DNA from: an uncultured Chthonomonadaceae bacterium | GTDB taxonomy: Bacteria > Armatimonadota > Chthonomonadetes > Chthonomonadales > CAJBBX01 | Length of the DNA stretch: 64,000 nucleotides | Assembly (NCBI GenBank): GCA_964519955.1 | Contig: CAZFLM010000014.1 | Coordinates: 40,673-104,672, forward strand | Direction: 5' to 3' | Shown: one piece after another, positions 54,546-61,841 of the stretch | How positions within the stretch are numbered: the stretch's first letter is position 1 | How the letters are laid out: every line of letters starts with the position of its first letter | Notes under the pieces: generated by a model | Seen by the model: the letters and a program-made list of their open reading frames with translations, nothing else | What the model was told of the DNA's origin: nothing | The model's database searches: none | Position numbers and translations under genes: made by a program

Positions 54546-55585
54546 AGGATGTTCACGTCGTGGCCGCCGCGGCACACCTCGCCGATCACGCCTGCGGCCT
54601 CGCCGGCCTCGTTCAGGCGCGCAACCACATCCTCGGCCGCGGTGCGCTCGACGACGAGGACGAGCCCGATGCCCATGTTGAACGTGCGGAACATCTCGGT
54701 ATCTGGCACCTGCCCCAGGTCCTGGATGAGCCCGAAGATGGGCGGCACCGCCCACTGGCTTCGCTCCAGCGTGACGCTGCACTCGGCCGGCAGGATGCGC
54801 GGGATGTTGTCGTAGAACCCGCCGCCGGTGATGTGCGCGATGCCCTTGACCACGCCGGAGGGCAGCAGCGGCAGCACGGCGGGCGCGTAGCAGCGGTGCG
54901 GGGCCAGCAGCGCCTCGGCGAGGGTCGCGCCGCCCAGGGCCGCCGGAGTGGCATCGACGCCCAACCCCGTCGCCTCGAACAGCACGTGGCGGGCCAGCGA
55001 GTAGCCGTTCGTGTGCAGCCCGGCGGACGCAATGCCCACCACCAGATCGTCCGGCATGATGAGGTGGCCGTCGACGACTTGCGCGCGGTCGACGATCCCG
55101 ACGATGGTGCCCGCCAGGTCATACTCGCCCTCGGGATACAGGCCCGGCATCTCGGCGGTTTCGCCGCCCAGCAGCGCACAGCCCGCGGCGCGGCAGCCGG
55201 CGGCAACGCCCGCCACCACCTGCTCGCACACCTCGGGGTCGAGCTTGCCCGTCGCGAAGTAGTCGAGGAAGAAGAGCGGCCGCGCGCCCTGCACGAGGAT
55301 GTCGTTGACGCAGTGCAAGACGAGGTCGGCGCCCACGGTGTCGTGCTTGCCGGCCATCGAGGCGACCTTGACCTTGGTGCCCACGCCGTCGATGCTGGCG
55401 ACGAAGACCGGGTCTTCCATGCCGCGCATGTCAGGCGCGAACATGCCGCCGAACGCGCCCACGTCGGTCAGCACGCACGGGTTGAACGTGGAGCGCACAT
55501 GCTCCTTCATTCGGAGAACGGCGCTGTTCATCGCGTCGATGTCGACGCCGGCGTCGCGGTAGGTTGTCGGCTGTCCTGTGGTCAA
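54542..55585 (-). CDS. purM: Phosphoribosylformylglycinamidine cyclo-ligase
   Basis: I chose the start TTG at 55585 (GGGAGGGG RBS). Shows TYRDAGVDID, DGVGTKV and the typical C-terminal domain. The upstream 260 aa of the track ORF were rejected. Confidence 0.9.
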   Translation of the reverse strand: MTTGQPTTYRDAGVDIDAMNSAVLRMKEHVRSTFNPCVLTDVGAFGGMFAPDMRGMEDPVFVASIDGVGTKVKVASMAGKHDTVGADLVLHCVNDILVQGARPLFFLDYFATGKLDPEVCEQVVAGVAAGCRAAGCALLGGETAEMPGLYPEGEYDLAGTIVGIVDRAQVVDGHLIMPDDLVVGIASAGLHTNGYSLARHVLFEATGLGVDATPAALGGATLAEALLAPHRCYAPAVLPLLPSGVVKGIAHITGGGFYDNIPRILPAECSVTLERSQWAVPPIFGLIQDLGQVPDTEMFRTFNMGIGLVLVVERTAAEDVVARLNEAGEAAGVIGEVCRGGHDVNIL

Positions 55586-55726
55586 TGTCCCCTCCCGGCT
55601 GGCCCCCAAAGATACTCCACACACGCAGACGAGGATCGACAGCCGCAGCCCGATCACACGAGCCGCGGCGGCTCGATCCTCATGTTGATCACTCGCGAGT
55701 AGTCCGCCCGCGGCAGCGCCGCTGAG

Positions 55727-55820
55727 ACGCAGGCGCCCCGCCCATCCCGTAGAGCGCCGCGGTGGGGCAGACGCCCCCATCCGGTACAGCGCCCTGGTGG
55801 GGCGGGCGTCCTTGCCCGCC
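55727..55820. repeat. GC-rich REP-like hairpin repeats (same family as 58970-59160)
   Basis: CCCATCC cores at 55741 and 55776 in inverted orientation, plus the hairpin GGCGGGC-gtcctt-GCCCGCC at 55801-55820, immediately after a minus-strand stop codon. Confidence 0.5.
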
Positions 55821-55833
55821 AGATACCCACTGA

Positions 55834-56568
55834 CTACGGCGCGCTGCCGATCGGCTGGCGGAAGGTCAGGCCATCGGCCAGCGATCCCTCGAACCGTCCG
55901 ACGATGGAGGACCCTCGCGTGATGGTCCCGCTCACCTCGCCGCTCGACTCGATGCGCAGCCGGCCGACATTGCCGCGGTTGTCGGAGAGCGACGCCGTGC
56001 CGTAGACGCGCGTGGTCGGTCCGACGACCTGCAGCAGGTTGCTCGCGAACTCCATGTCCGACTCGATGCTGGCCGAGTAGCCGTTCTCGAAGCGGATGGC
56101 CACCGTGTCCGGCGTGCGCATGTGCACCTTGGGCGCCGCGAACTTCGACGAGCTGAGCCGGCGGCTCCCCGTGACGCGAGCGGTGCCCGGCACCTCGACG
56201 TCGAACTGCCAGCGGCTCTCCGGCTCGTGCGCGGTGGTGATGACCGACGCCGTCGCCGCGCTCCGCTCGGACTGCACCTTGCGCTCGAACCCGATGGGGT
56301 CCAGAGACGGCGGCCCGCTGATGCCGGCCGCGGCCTGATGCGCCGTGTTCACCAGGTAGGCCGCGCACGCCGCCAGAGCCGCCTCGCTCTCTTTGTCCGC
56401 GTAGTTCGCGGCCTCGTCCAACCGGACGGTATCGAGCAGGGCCTCGCCCAGCTTCTGAGCCGCGTTGATGCGCTTGCTGCCCGCGTATCGCGCCGCGCCC
56501 GTCGCCAGGGCGGCGCCTCCCGCCACCACGGCCGCGCCCACGACGCGCCGCAGGATGCTGTTCAACAT
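55834..56568 (-). CDS. Hypothetical membrane-anchored/secreted protein inserted in the pur cluster
   Basis: 244 aa with a GGGAGG RBS. It has an N-terminal hydrophobic segment (VVGAAVVAGGAALATGAA), a helical part, then a beta-rich C-terminus. I recognise no family. Confidence 0.55.
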   Translation of the reverse strand: MLNSILRRVVGAAVVAGGAALATGAARYAGSKRINAAQKLGEALLDTVRLDEAANYADKESEAALAACAAYLVNTAHQAAAGISGPPSLDPIGFERKVQSERSAATASVITTAHEPESRWQFDVEVPGTARVTGSRRLSSSKFAAPKVHMRTPDTVAIRFENGYSASIESDMEFASNLLQVVGPTTRVYGTASLSDNRGNVGRLRIESSGEVSGTITRGSSIVGRFEGSLADGLTFRQPIGSAP

Positions 56569-56649
56569 GGTCGGACCTCCCGAAGTGGTTCGTCTGTCCT
56601 ACCTACGGGCAGGGAGGCGGGCAGGTTTCTCTGAGGCGGGCCATCGGGA

Positions 56650-56683
56650 CAAGTTGAAAGTGGCAAGTGGCAAGTTGAAAGTG
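56650..56683. repeat. Direct repeat CAAGTTGAAAGTG x2 separated by GCAAGTGG (heptamer-periodic)
   Basis: Read directly from the sequence. It lies 82-115 nt upstream of the start of the 244-aa gene and downstream of two purF-proximal hairpins. Confidence 0.45.
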
Positions 56684-56770
56684 CACGGCGCCAGTGGTCG
56701 CGTCCGGAGGACGCTTGGCCGGAGGCCCACCAGCCGCCGGTTTCAACCGGCGGGACAACCCCGCGATTCG

Positions 56771-58264
56771 CTAGGTGCCGGCTACCCCGGCGGGCTCGGG
56801 GGGCGTTGGGGGCGCCTCCTTCTCCAGCATCAGCTTGGACACCTTCAGGTGCTGCGGGATGCGGAGCGGGTACTTGCCGTCGAAGCACGCGCGGCAGAGC
56901 TTGTCCTTGCCGACGCCCACCGCGCGCACGACGCCCTCCAGCGACAGGTAGCCCAGCGAGGTTGCGCCGATCTGCTCGCGGATCTCCTCGATCGTGTGGC
57001 TGGACGCGATCAGCTCCTCCTGCGTCGCCATGTCGATGCCGTAGTGGCACGGATGGCGTACGGGCGGCGCGCTGATGCGCACGTGCACCTCCACGGCGCC
57101 GGCCTCGAAGAACATCCTGACGAGCTTGCCGGTCGTGGTGCCGCGCACGATCGAGTCATCCACCATCACCACGCGCCGACCGGAGAGGATCTCGCGGAGC
57201 GGGCTGTACTTCATCAGCACGCCGCGCTCCCGCATCTGCTGGCTCGGGCTGATGAAGGTGCGCGCGATGTAGCGGTTCTTGACCACGCCCTCGCTGTACG
57301 GGATGCGCGACGCTTCGGCGAAGCCCAGGGCGGCAGGAATGGCCGAATCCGGGATGGGCACCACGAGCGAGGCGCCCGGGCACGGATGCTCCTTGGCCAG
57401 CTCATGCCCCATCTTGCGGCGCGCCAGGTGCAGCGACTGGCCGAACATGTGGCTGTCGGGGCGCGCGAAGTAGATGAACTCGAAGACGCACATGGCGTTG
57501 CGCACCATGGGCGCTCCCTCGGCCTCGCGCAGCCCATTGCGGTCGATGATCACCATCTCGCCGGGCTCGACCTCGCGAACGAAGCGGGCGCCGATGGGGT
57601 TCAGGGCGCACGTCTCCGATGCCAGCACGTAGTGGCCGTCGGGCAGCATCCCCACGCAGAGCGGGCGGATGCCGTGCGGGTCGCGCACCCCCACGAGCTG
57701 CGTCGGGGTCATGATGAGCAGCGAGTAGGCGCCCGAGATGCGCTGCATGGTCGCGCGCACCGCATCCTCGATCGACCCGTCGAAGTTCCGCGCGATGAGC
57801 TGGGCGATCACCTCGCTGTCGTTCGTCGATTCGAACGAGACCTGCTCGGCGATCATCTGCTCGCGGATCTCTTCGGTGTTGATGAGGTTCCCGTTGTGCG
57901 CCACGGCGATGTCGCCGACGACCGAGGAGCAGTAGATGGGCTGGGCGTTGCGCTTGACGCTGGAGCCGGTCGTGGAGTAGCGCGTGTGGGCGATGGCGAT
58001 GCTGCCGGTCAGCTCCTGCAGGTTGCGCTCGTCGAAGACCTGGGTGACGAGGCCCATCTCCTTGTGGATGCGGATCCACTTGCCGTCGCTGACGGCGATG
58101 CCGGCGCTCTCCTGGCCGCGATGTTGGAGTGCGAACAGGCCGAAGTACGCGATGCGGGCCACTTCCTCGCCCGGGGCGTATACGCCGAAGAGGCCGCACT
58201 CTTCGTGCGGGGTATCGAGGCCCTCGAGGGCGTCTACTTTCGGGAGGATCGGATCCGCGCTCAT
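56771..58264 (-). CDS. purF: Amidophosphoribosyltransferase
   Basis: I chose the start ATG at 58264 (a propeptide, then CGLFGVYAP...). Shows ALQHRGQESAGI and the PRT motif VVMVDDSIVRGTT. Confidence 0.92.
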   Translation of the reverse strand: MSADPILPKVDALEGLDTPHEECGLFGVYAPGEEVARIAYFGLFALQHRGQESAGIAVSDGKWIRIHKEMGLVTQVFDERNLQELTGSIAIAHTRYSTTGSSVKRNAQPIYCSSVVGDIAVAHNGNLINTEEIREQMIAEQVSFESTNDSEVIAQLIARNFDGSIEDAVRATMQRISGAYSLLIMTPTQLVGVRDPHGIRPLCVGMLPDGHYVLASETCALNPIGARFVREVEPGEMVIIDRNGLREAEGAPMVRNAMCVFEFIYFARPDSHMFGQSLHLARRKMGHELAKEHPCPGASLVVPIPDSAIPAALGFAEASRIPYSEGVVKNRYIARTFISPSQQMRERGVLMKYSPLREILSGRRVVMVDDSIVRGTTTGKLVRMFFEAGAVEVHVRISAPPVRHPCHYGIDMATQEELIASSHTIEEIREQIGATSLGYLSLEGVVRAVGVGKDKLCRACFDGKYPLRIPQHLKVSKLMLEKEAPPTPPEPAGVAGT

Positions 58265-58283
58265 TGGCCTGTTCGATGCCCTT

Positions 58284-58769
58284 CTATCGCAGTAGGTCTC
58301 GCACATTCACGACCGGCGCGTCCGGCGACCAGAGCGTATCGCCGCGCCGCTCGTGCCAGAAGGTCAGCACCTGCACGATCAGCTTCCGCACCGCCCTGTC
58401 GGACAGGGCCTGCGGCTTCAGGATGATCTCGCCGCAGGACAGACCGTCGAGCGAGAGGACCTCCAGCCGCGCCTGGTGCCCGTCCATCTTCGCGTCCATC
58501 AACAGCTTCTTGATCCGCACGCACGCCTGCAGATCGCGGGTCGGGTTTCGGTACTGGTAGATCCGGTTCGCCAGCCGGTCCGTCTCGCCGACCACGTAGG
58601 TCTGCAGATCGCCCGGCTCGTTCTCGAACACGTTCCACCGGTAGATGGCCGGCCCATCCCACCGAGAGCGCAGGTAGTCCGTCGTCTCGTCCGGGTAGCG
58701 GTAGGGCTTCCCGGCGACGCTCTCGACCGGCTGCCACGAATGCGACAGGCTCAGCACCAGATCGGCCAT
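58284..58769 (-). CDS. GIY-YIG-like domain protein (tentative)
   Basis: I chose the start ATG at 58769 (AAGGGGA RBS). GPAIYRWNVFENEPGDLQTYVVGETDRLANRIYQYRNP resembles the GIY...YxG...R motif pattern. Pattern match only. Confidence 0.4.
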   Translation of the reverse strand: MADLVLSLSHSWQPVESVAGKPYRYPDETTDYLRSRWDGPAIYRWNVFENEPGDLQTYVVGETDRLANRIYQYRNPTRDLQACVRIKKLLMDAKMDGHQARLEVLSLDGLSCGEIILKPQALSDRAVRKLIVQVLTFWHERRGDTLWSPDAPVVNVRDLLR

Positions 58770-58865
58770 ATCGGTTCCCCTTGGGCCTATGAGGGCCCAC
58801 GGCGCAACAGCCCGCCGCTGCCCGACACGAGGCAGCGGCCGTCGGCCTGGCGTCACTTTCGGGCG

Positions 58866-58894
58866 ACCATATTGGATTAGAAACCCAACGTCAA
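58866..58894 (-). promoter_or_regulatory. Sigma-70-type promoter (TTGACG-17 nt-TATGGT) for the GIY-YIG-like gene
   Basis: The minus-strand hexamers are at 58894-58889 and 58871-58866, inside the only AT-rich patch of this spacer. Confidence 0.45.
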
Positions 58895-58969
58895 GAGCAG
58901 ATCCCTGACGGGATGACGGCCACCGGCGACGGCGACGGCACGGCCACGGCACGGTGCGACTCTAGCCGC

Positions 58970-59160
58970 GGCGACGCCCCTTGTCCCTGCCCGTCCCGTG
59001 CACCCCCCTAGTGGGATGGGCGGCCCTGCCCGTCCGGTGCGACAGCCACGGTAGGATGGGCCCCCGTGCCCGTCGCGTACAACCGCCCTGGCAGGATGGG
59101 CGTCCCTCCCGGTCCAGCGCACAACCGCCGTGGTGGGGACGGGCGTCCCTGCCCGTCCGG
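58970..59160. repeat. Tandem array of about five degenerate 40-bp GC-rich hairpin repeats (REP-like)
   Basis: GGATGGG cores at 59014, 59054 and 59094 (exact 40-bp period). The best unit is GGACGGGC-gtccct-GCCCGTCC at 59137-59158, just after the purL stop. Confidence 0.65.
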
Positions 59161-59167
59161 TGGAACC

Positions 59168-61441
59168 CTACGCCGGCGCCATGATCCGTCGAATCGTCGT
59201 ATTGTACGTGTCGGCCAGCTCCGCGACGGGCTCATCGACCATGTCCGCCCCGTCGAACGCGATGCGCAGCCGGTCCGAGCCCACGGTGCCGATCCACTCC
59301 GCGCGAACGCCGAATTGCTCGGCCAGCTTCTCCATCACCGGCACGGCGCGCTCGCCCTGCACCGTCACGACTACGCGCGACTGCGCCTCGCCGAAGAGCG
59401 CCGCGCACGCCGGCAGCCCGCCGAACCGATCCGACCGCAGCAGGACAGCCGCGCCCAGCCCCGACGCGATGGCCGACTCCGCGAGGCAGACCCCGAGGCC
59501 ACCATCGGCGCAGTCGTGCGCGGAGGCCAGCAGGCCCTGCTTGATGGCGGTGAGCACACACTCCTGCAGGCGCCGCTCGGCAGCCATGTCGATGCAGGGG
59601 GGCGTGCCGCTCTCCAGCCCCAGGATGGCCGAGAGGAACTCGCTGCCGCCCAGGCCGCCCGTCGGGTCATCGTCCGCGCGCAGGAGCACGATGGCATCGC
59701 CCTCGGCGCGGAACGCGCTGCCCATGCGCTTCTTCACGTCGTCCAGGATACCGAGCATACCGATGACGGGGGTCGGGTAGATCGGGCCATCCGGCGTCTC
59801 GTTGTAGAACGACACGTTGCCGGAGACGACCGGCGTGTCGAACGCCTCGGTCGCCGCCGCGATGCCCTCGACCGCCTTGCGGAACTGCCAGAAGCCGGTC
59901 GGCTTCTCGGGGTTCGCGAAGTTGAGGCAGTCCGTCACCGCCGCGGGGCGGGCGCCCACGCACACCACGTTGCGCGCTGCCTCTGCCACCGCGATCATGC
60001 CGCCCACGTACGGGTCCAGGTAGCAGTAGCGCCCATTCCCGTCCGTCTTCATCGCGATGCCCTTCTGCGTGCCACGCACCTTTAGCACCGCCGCATCGCC
60101 GCCGCCCGGGCCCAGCACCGTCTGCGTCTGCACCATCGAGTCGTACTGCTCGGTGACCCACTCCTTCGATGCGATGGTCGGGGAGGCCAGGAGCCGCCGC
60201 AGAACCACGCCCGGGCGCAGGTTGATCTCGCCTGCGTCCTCCGCATCGGCCAGGACCTTCAGCGGGTCCAGCGCGCGCACCTCGGCGATGTACTCCGGCT
60301 CGGCCGCGTCCAGGTGGTAGGTCGGGCACTCGTCGGTGAGCGACTTGGCCTGAACCTCGGCCACCACCTTGTCGCCCTCCTTCACCCGCACCAGCCCATC
60401 GTCGGTGACGAAGCCGACCACGACGGCCTTGAGGCCCCACTTCTTGAAGATGCCCGCGACCTTCTCCTCGGTGCCCTTCTCGCAGATGGCGAGCATCCGC
60501 TCCTGGCTCTCCGAGAGCATCACCTCGTACGAACTCATCCCGGTCTCGCGGCGCGGCACCTTGAGGATGTCTATCTCCATCCCCATGCCCGCCTTGGCGG
60601 CCGTCTCGCACGTGGAGCAGGTCAGGCCCGCGGCGCCCATGTCCTGGATGCCGACCACGTCACCCGACGCGAGCGCCTCCAGCGTGGCCTCGATGAGCAG
60701 CTTCTCCATGAAGGGGTCGCCCATCTGCACGTTCGGGCGCTTACTCTCCGAGTCGGGGCCAAGCTCGACGGACGCGAACGTCGCGCCGTGGATGCCGTCG
60801 CGGCCCGTGCTGGAGCCGACGTAGAGGACCGGATTGCCGATGCCCTTGGCGGCGGCGCTGGCGATGTTGTCCAGCTCCACGACGCCGGCGGCCATCGCGT
60901 TGACGAGCGGGTTGCCGCTGTAGCTCGGATTGAACACCACCTCACCCGCTACCGTGGGCACGCCAACGCAGTTGCCGTAGTGGGCGATGCCATCCACGAC
61001 GCCCTCGAAGAGGAAGCGGTTGCGGGAGGTCGTGGGGTCGTCGCCGACGATGGGTCCGAAGCGCAGGCTGTTGAGGTTGGCGATGGGCCGCGCGCCCATG
61101 GTGAAGATGTCGCGCAGGATGCCCCCCACTCCGGTCGCGGCGCCCTGGAAGGGCTCGACGGCGGACGGGTGGTTGTGGCTCTCCATCTTGAAGACGATAC
61201 CCAGCTTGTCGTCGAGCGGGATGACGCCGGCGTTCTCGAGGGCGCCTTGCTCCTGGGCCTCGCGGTACGTCTTGAAGAGCGCGAGGACGGGCCGAGAGTA
61301 CTTGTAGCCGCAGTGCTCGGACCACATGACGGCGTACATGCCCAGTTCCGTCTCGGTGGGTTCACGCCCCAGGATCTGTTCGATGGCCGCGTACTCGGCG
61401 TCGTTCAGGCCCATCTCGCGATAGACTTCGGGTCGGATCAC
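59168..61441 (-). CDS. purL: Phosphoribosylformylglycinamidine synthase subunit PurL
   Basis: I chose the start GTG at 61441 (GGAGA RBS 6 nt upstream); an ATG at 61414 is an alternative. Shows MWSEHCGYKYS and SHNHPSAVEPFQGAATGVGG. Confidence 0.92.
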   Translation of the reverse strand: MIRPEVYREMGLNDAEYAAIEQILGREPTETELGMYAVMWSEHCGYKYSRPVLALFKTYREAQEQGALENAGVIPLDDKLGIVFKMESHNHPSAVEPFQGAATGVGGILRDIFTMGARPIANLNSLRFGPIVGDDPTTSRNRFLFEGVVDGIAHYGNCVGVPTVAGEVVFNPSYSGNPLVNAMAAGVVELDNIASAAAKGIGNPVLYVGSSTGRDGIHGATFASVELGPDSESKRPNVQMGDPFMEKLLIEATLEALASGDVVGIQDMGAAGLTCSTCETAAKAGMGMEIDILKVPRRETGMSSYEVMLSESQERMLAICEKGTEEKVAGIFKKWGLKAVVVGFVTDDGLVRVKEGDKVVAEVQAKSLTDECPTYHLDAAEPEYIAEVRALDPLKVLADAEDAGEINLRPGVVLRRLLASPTIASKEWVTEQYDSMVQTQTVLGPGGGDAAVLKVRGTQKGIAMKTDGNGRYCYLDPYVGGMIAVAEAARNVVCVGARPAAVTDCLNFANPEKPTGFWQFRKAVEGIAAATEAFDTPVVSGNVSFYNETPDGPIYPTPVIGMLGILDDVKKRMGSAFRAEGDAIVLLRADDDPTGGLGGSEFLSAILGLESGTPPCIDMAAERRLQECVLTAIKQGLLASAHDCADGGLGVCLAESAIASGLGAAVLLRSDRFGGLPACAALFGEAQSRVVVTVQGERAVPVMEKLAEQFGVRAEWIGTVGSDRLRIAFDGADMVDEPVAELADTYNTTIRRIMAPA

Positions 61442-61599
61442 GGCATGTCTCCGATGTGAGGGGTAAGGTGGCGGCGCAGGGGTGGGCAGACACGGGAGGC
61501 CGGCCTGCAAACCGGCCGGTAACCGCTCTCCGGCGGACGCATTGAGGCCGTCGCGCCTGGGTCGTTCCTGAGATGGAGAAGCGGGCTAGTCACGTGTTT

Positions 61600-61629
61600 A
61601 GTATAGCCGATGGCTTCCGCGCCGGTCAA
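61600..61629 (-). promoter_or_regulatory. Sigma-70-type promoter of purL (TTGACC-18 nt-TATACT)
   Basis: The minus-strand hexamers are at 61629-61624 and 61605-61600. This predicts a structured leader of about 150 nt. Confidence 0.45.
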
Positions 61630-61690
61630 CCGCGAACGCCCGTTCGTCGCCCTCCGGACTGGCAGGCCGGCGGGCTATTATGAACGCATT

Positions 61691-61708
61691 CTCATATGTA
61701 GATATGAG
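61691..61708. promoter_or_regulatory. Perfect inverted repeat CTCATAT-gtag-ATATGAG in an AT-rich patch (candidate operator)
   Basis: Read directly from the sequence. It lies between the divergent purL and cca promoters. Confidence 0.35.
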
Positions 61709-61829
61709 CAGCCGAGCATATTGGACCGGCCTGCCGATGCGCGGAACTGGAACCGCGCGGATGCCCATCCCACGAGAGCACACGGACGCGCCGACAACTC
61801 CCCCACTCGACCGCCGCACGCCGGAACGC

Positions 61830-61835
61830 TATAAT
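61830..61835 (+). promoter_or_regulatory. TATAAT -10 box 6 nt upstream of the cca ATG (predicts a leaderless mRNA)
   Basis: gcTATAATggggatATG. There is no room for a Shine-Dalgarno-spaced leader. Confidence 0.4.
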
Positions 61836-61841
61836 GGGGAT

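Noticed and set aside
58970-59160. Possible CRISPR array.
   Set aside because: The repeats are contiguous with a 40-bp period, have no unique spacers and are highly degenerate. No cas genes are present. REP-like hairpin repeats explain them better.
61554-61561. A CGCCTGGG match to the conserved 3' core of the ZTP (pfl) riboswitch near purL.
   Set aside because: It is on the wrong strand for purL. The 5' sub-domain (GACUGGCG...) is absent or in the wrong order, so this is probably a chance match in GC-rich DNA.
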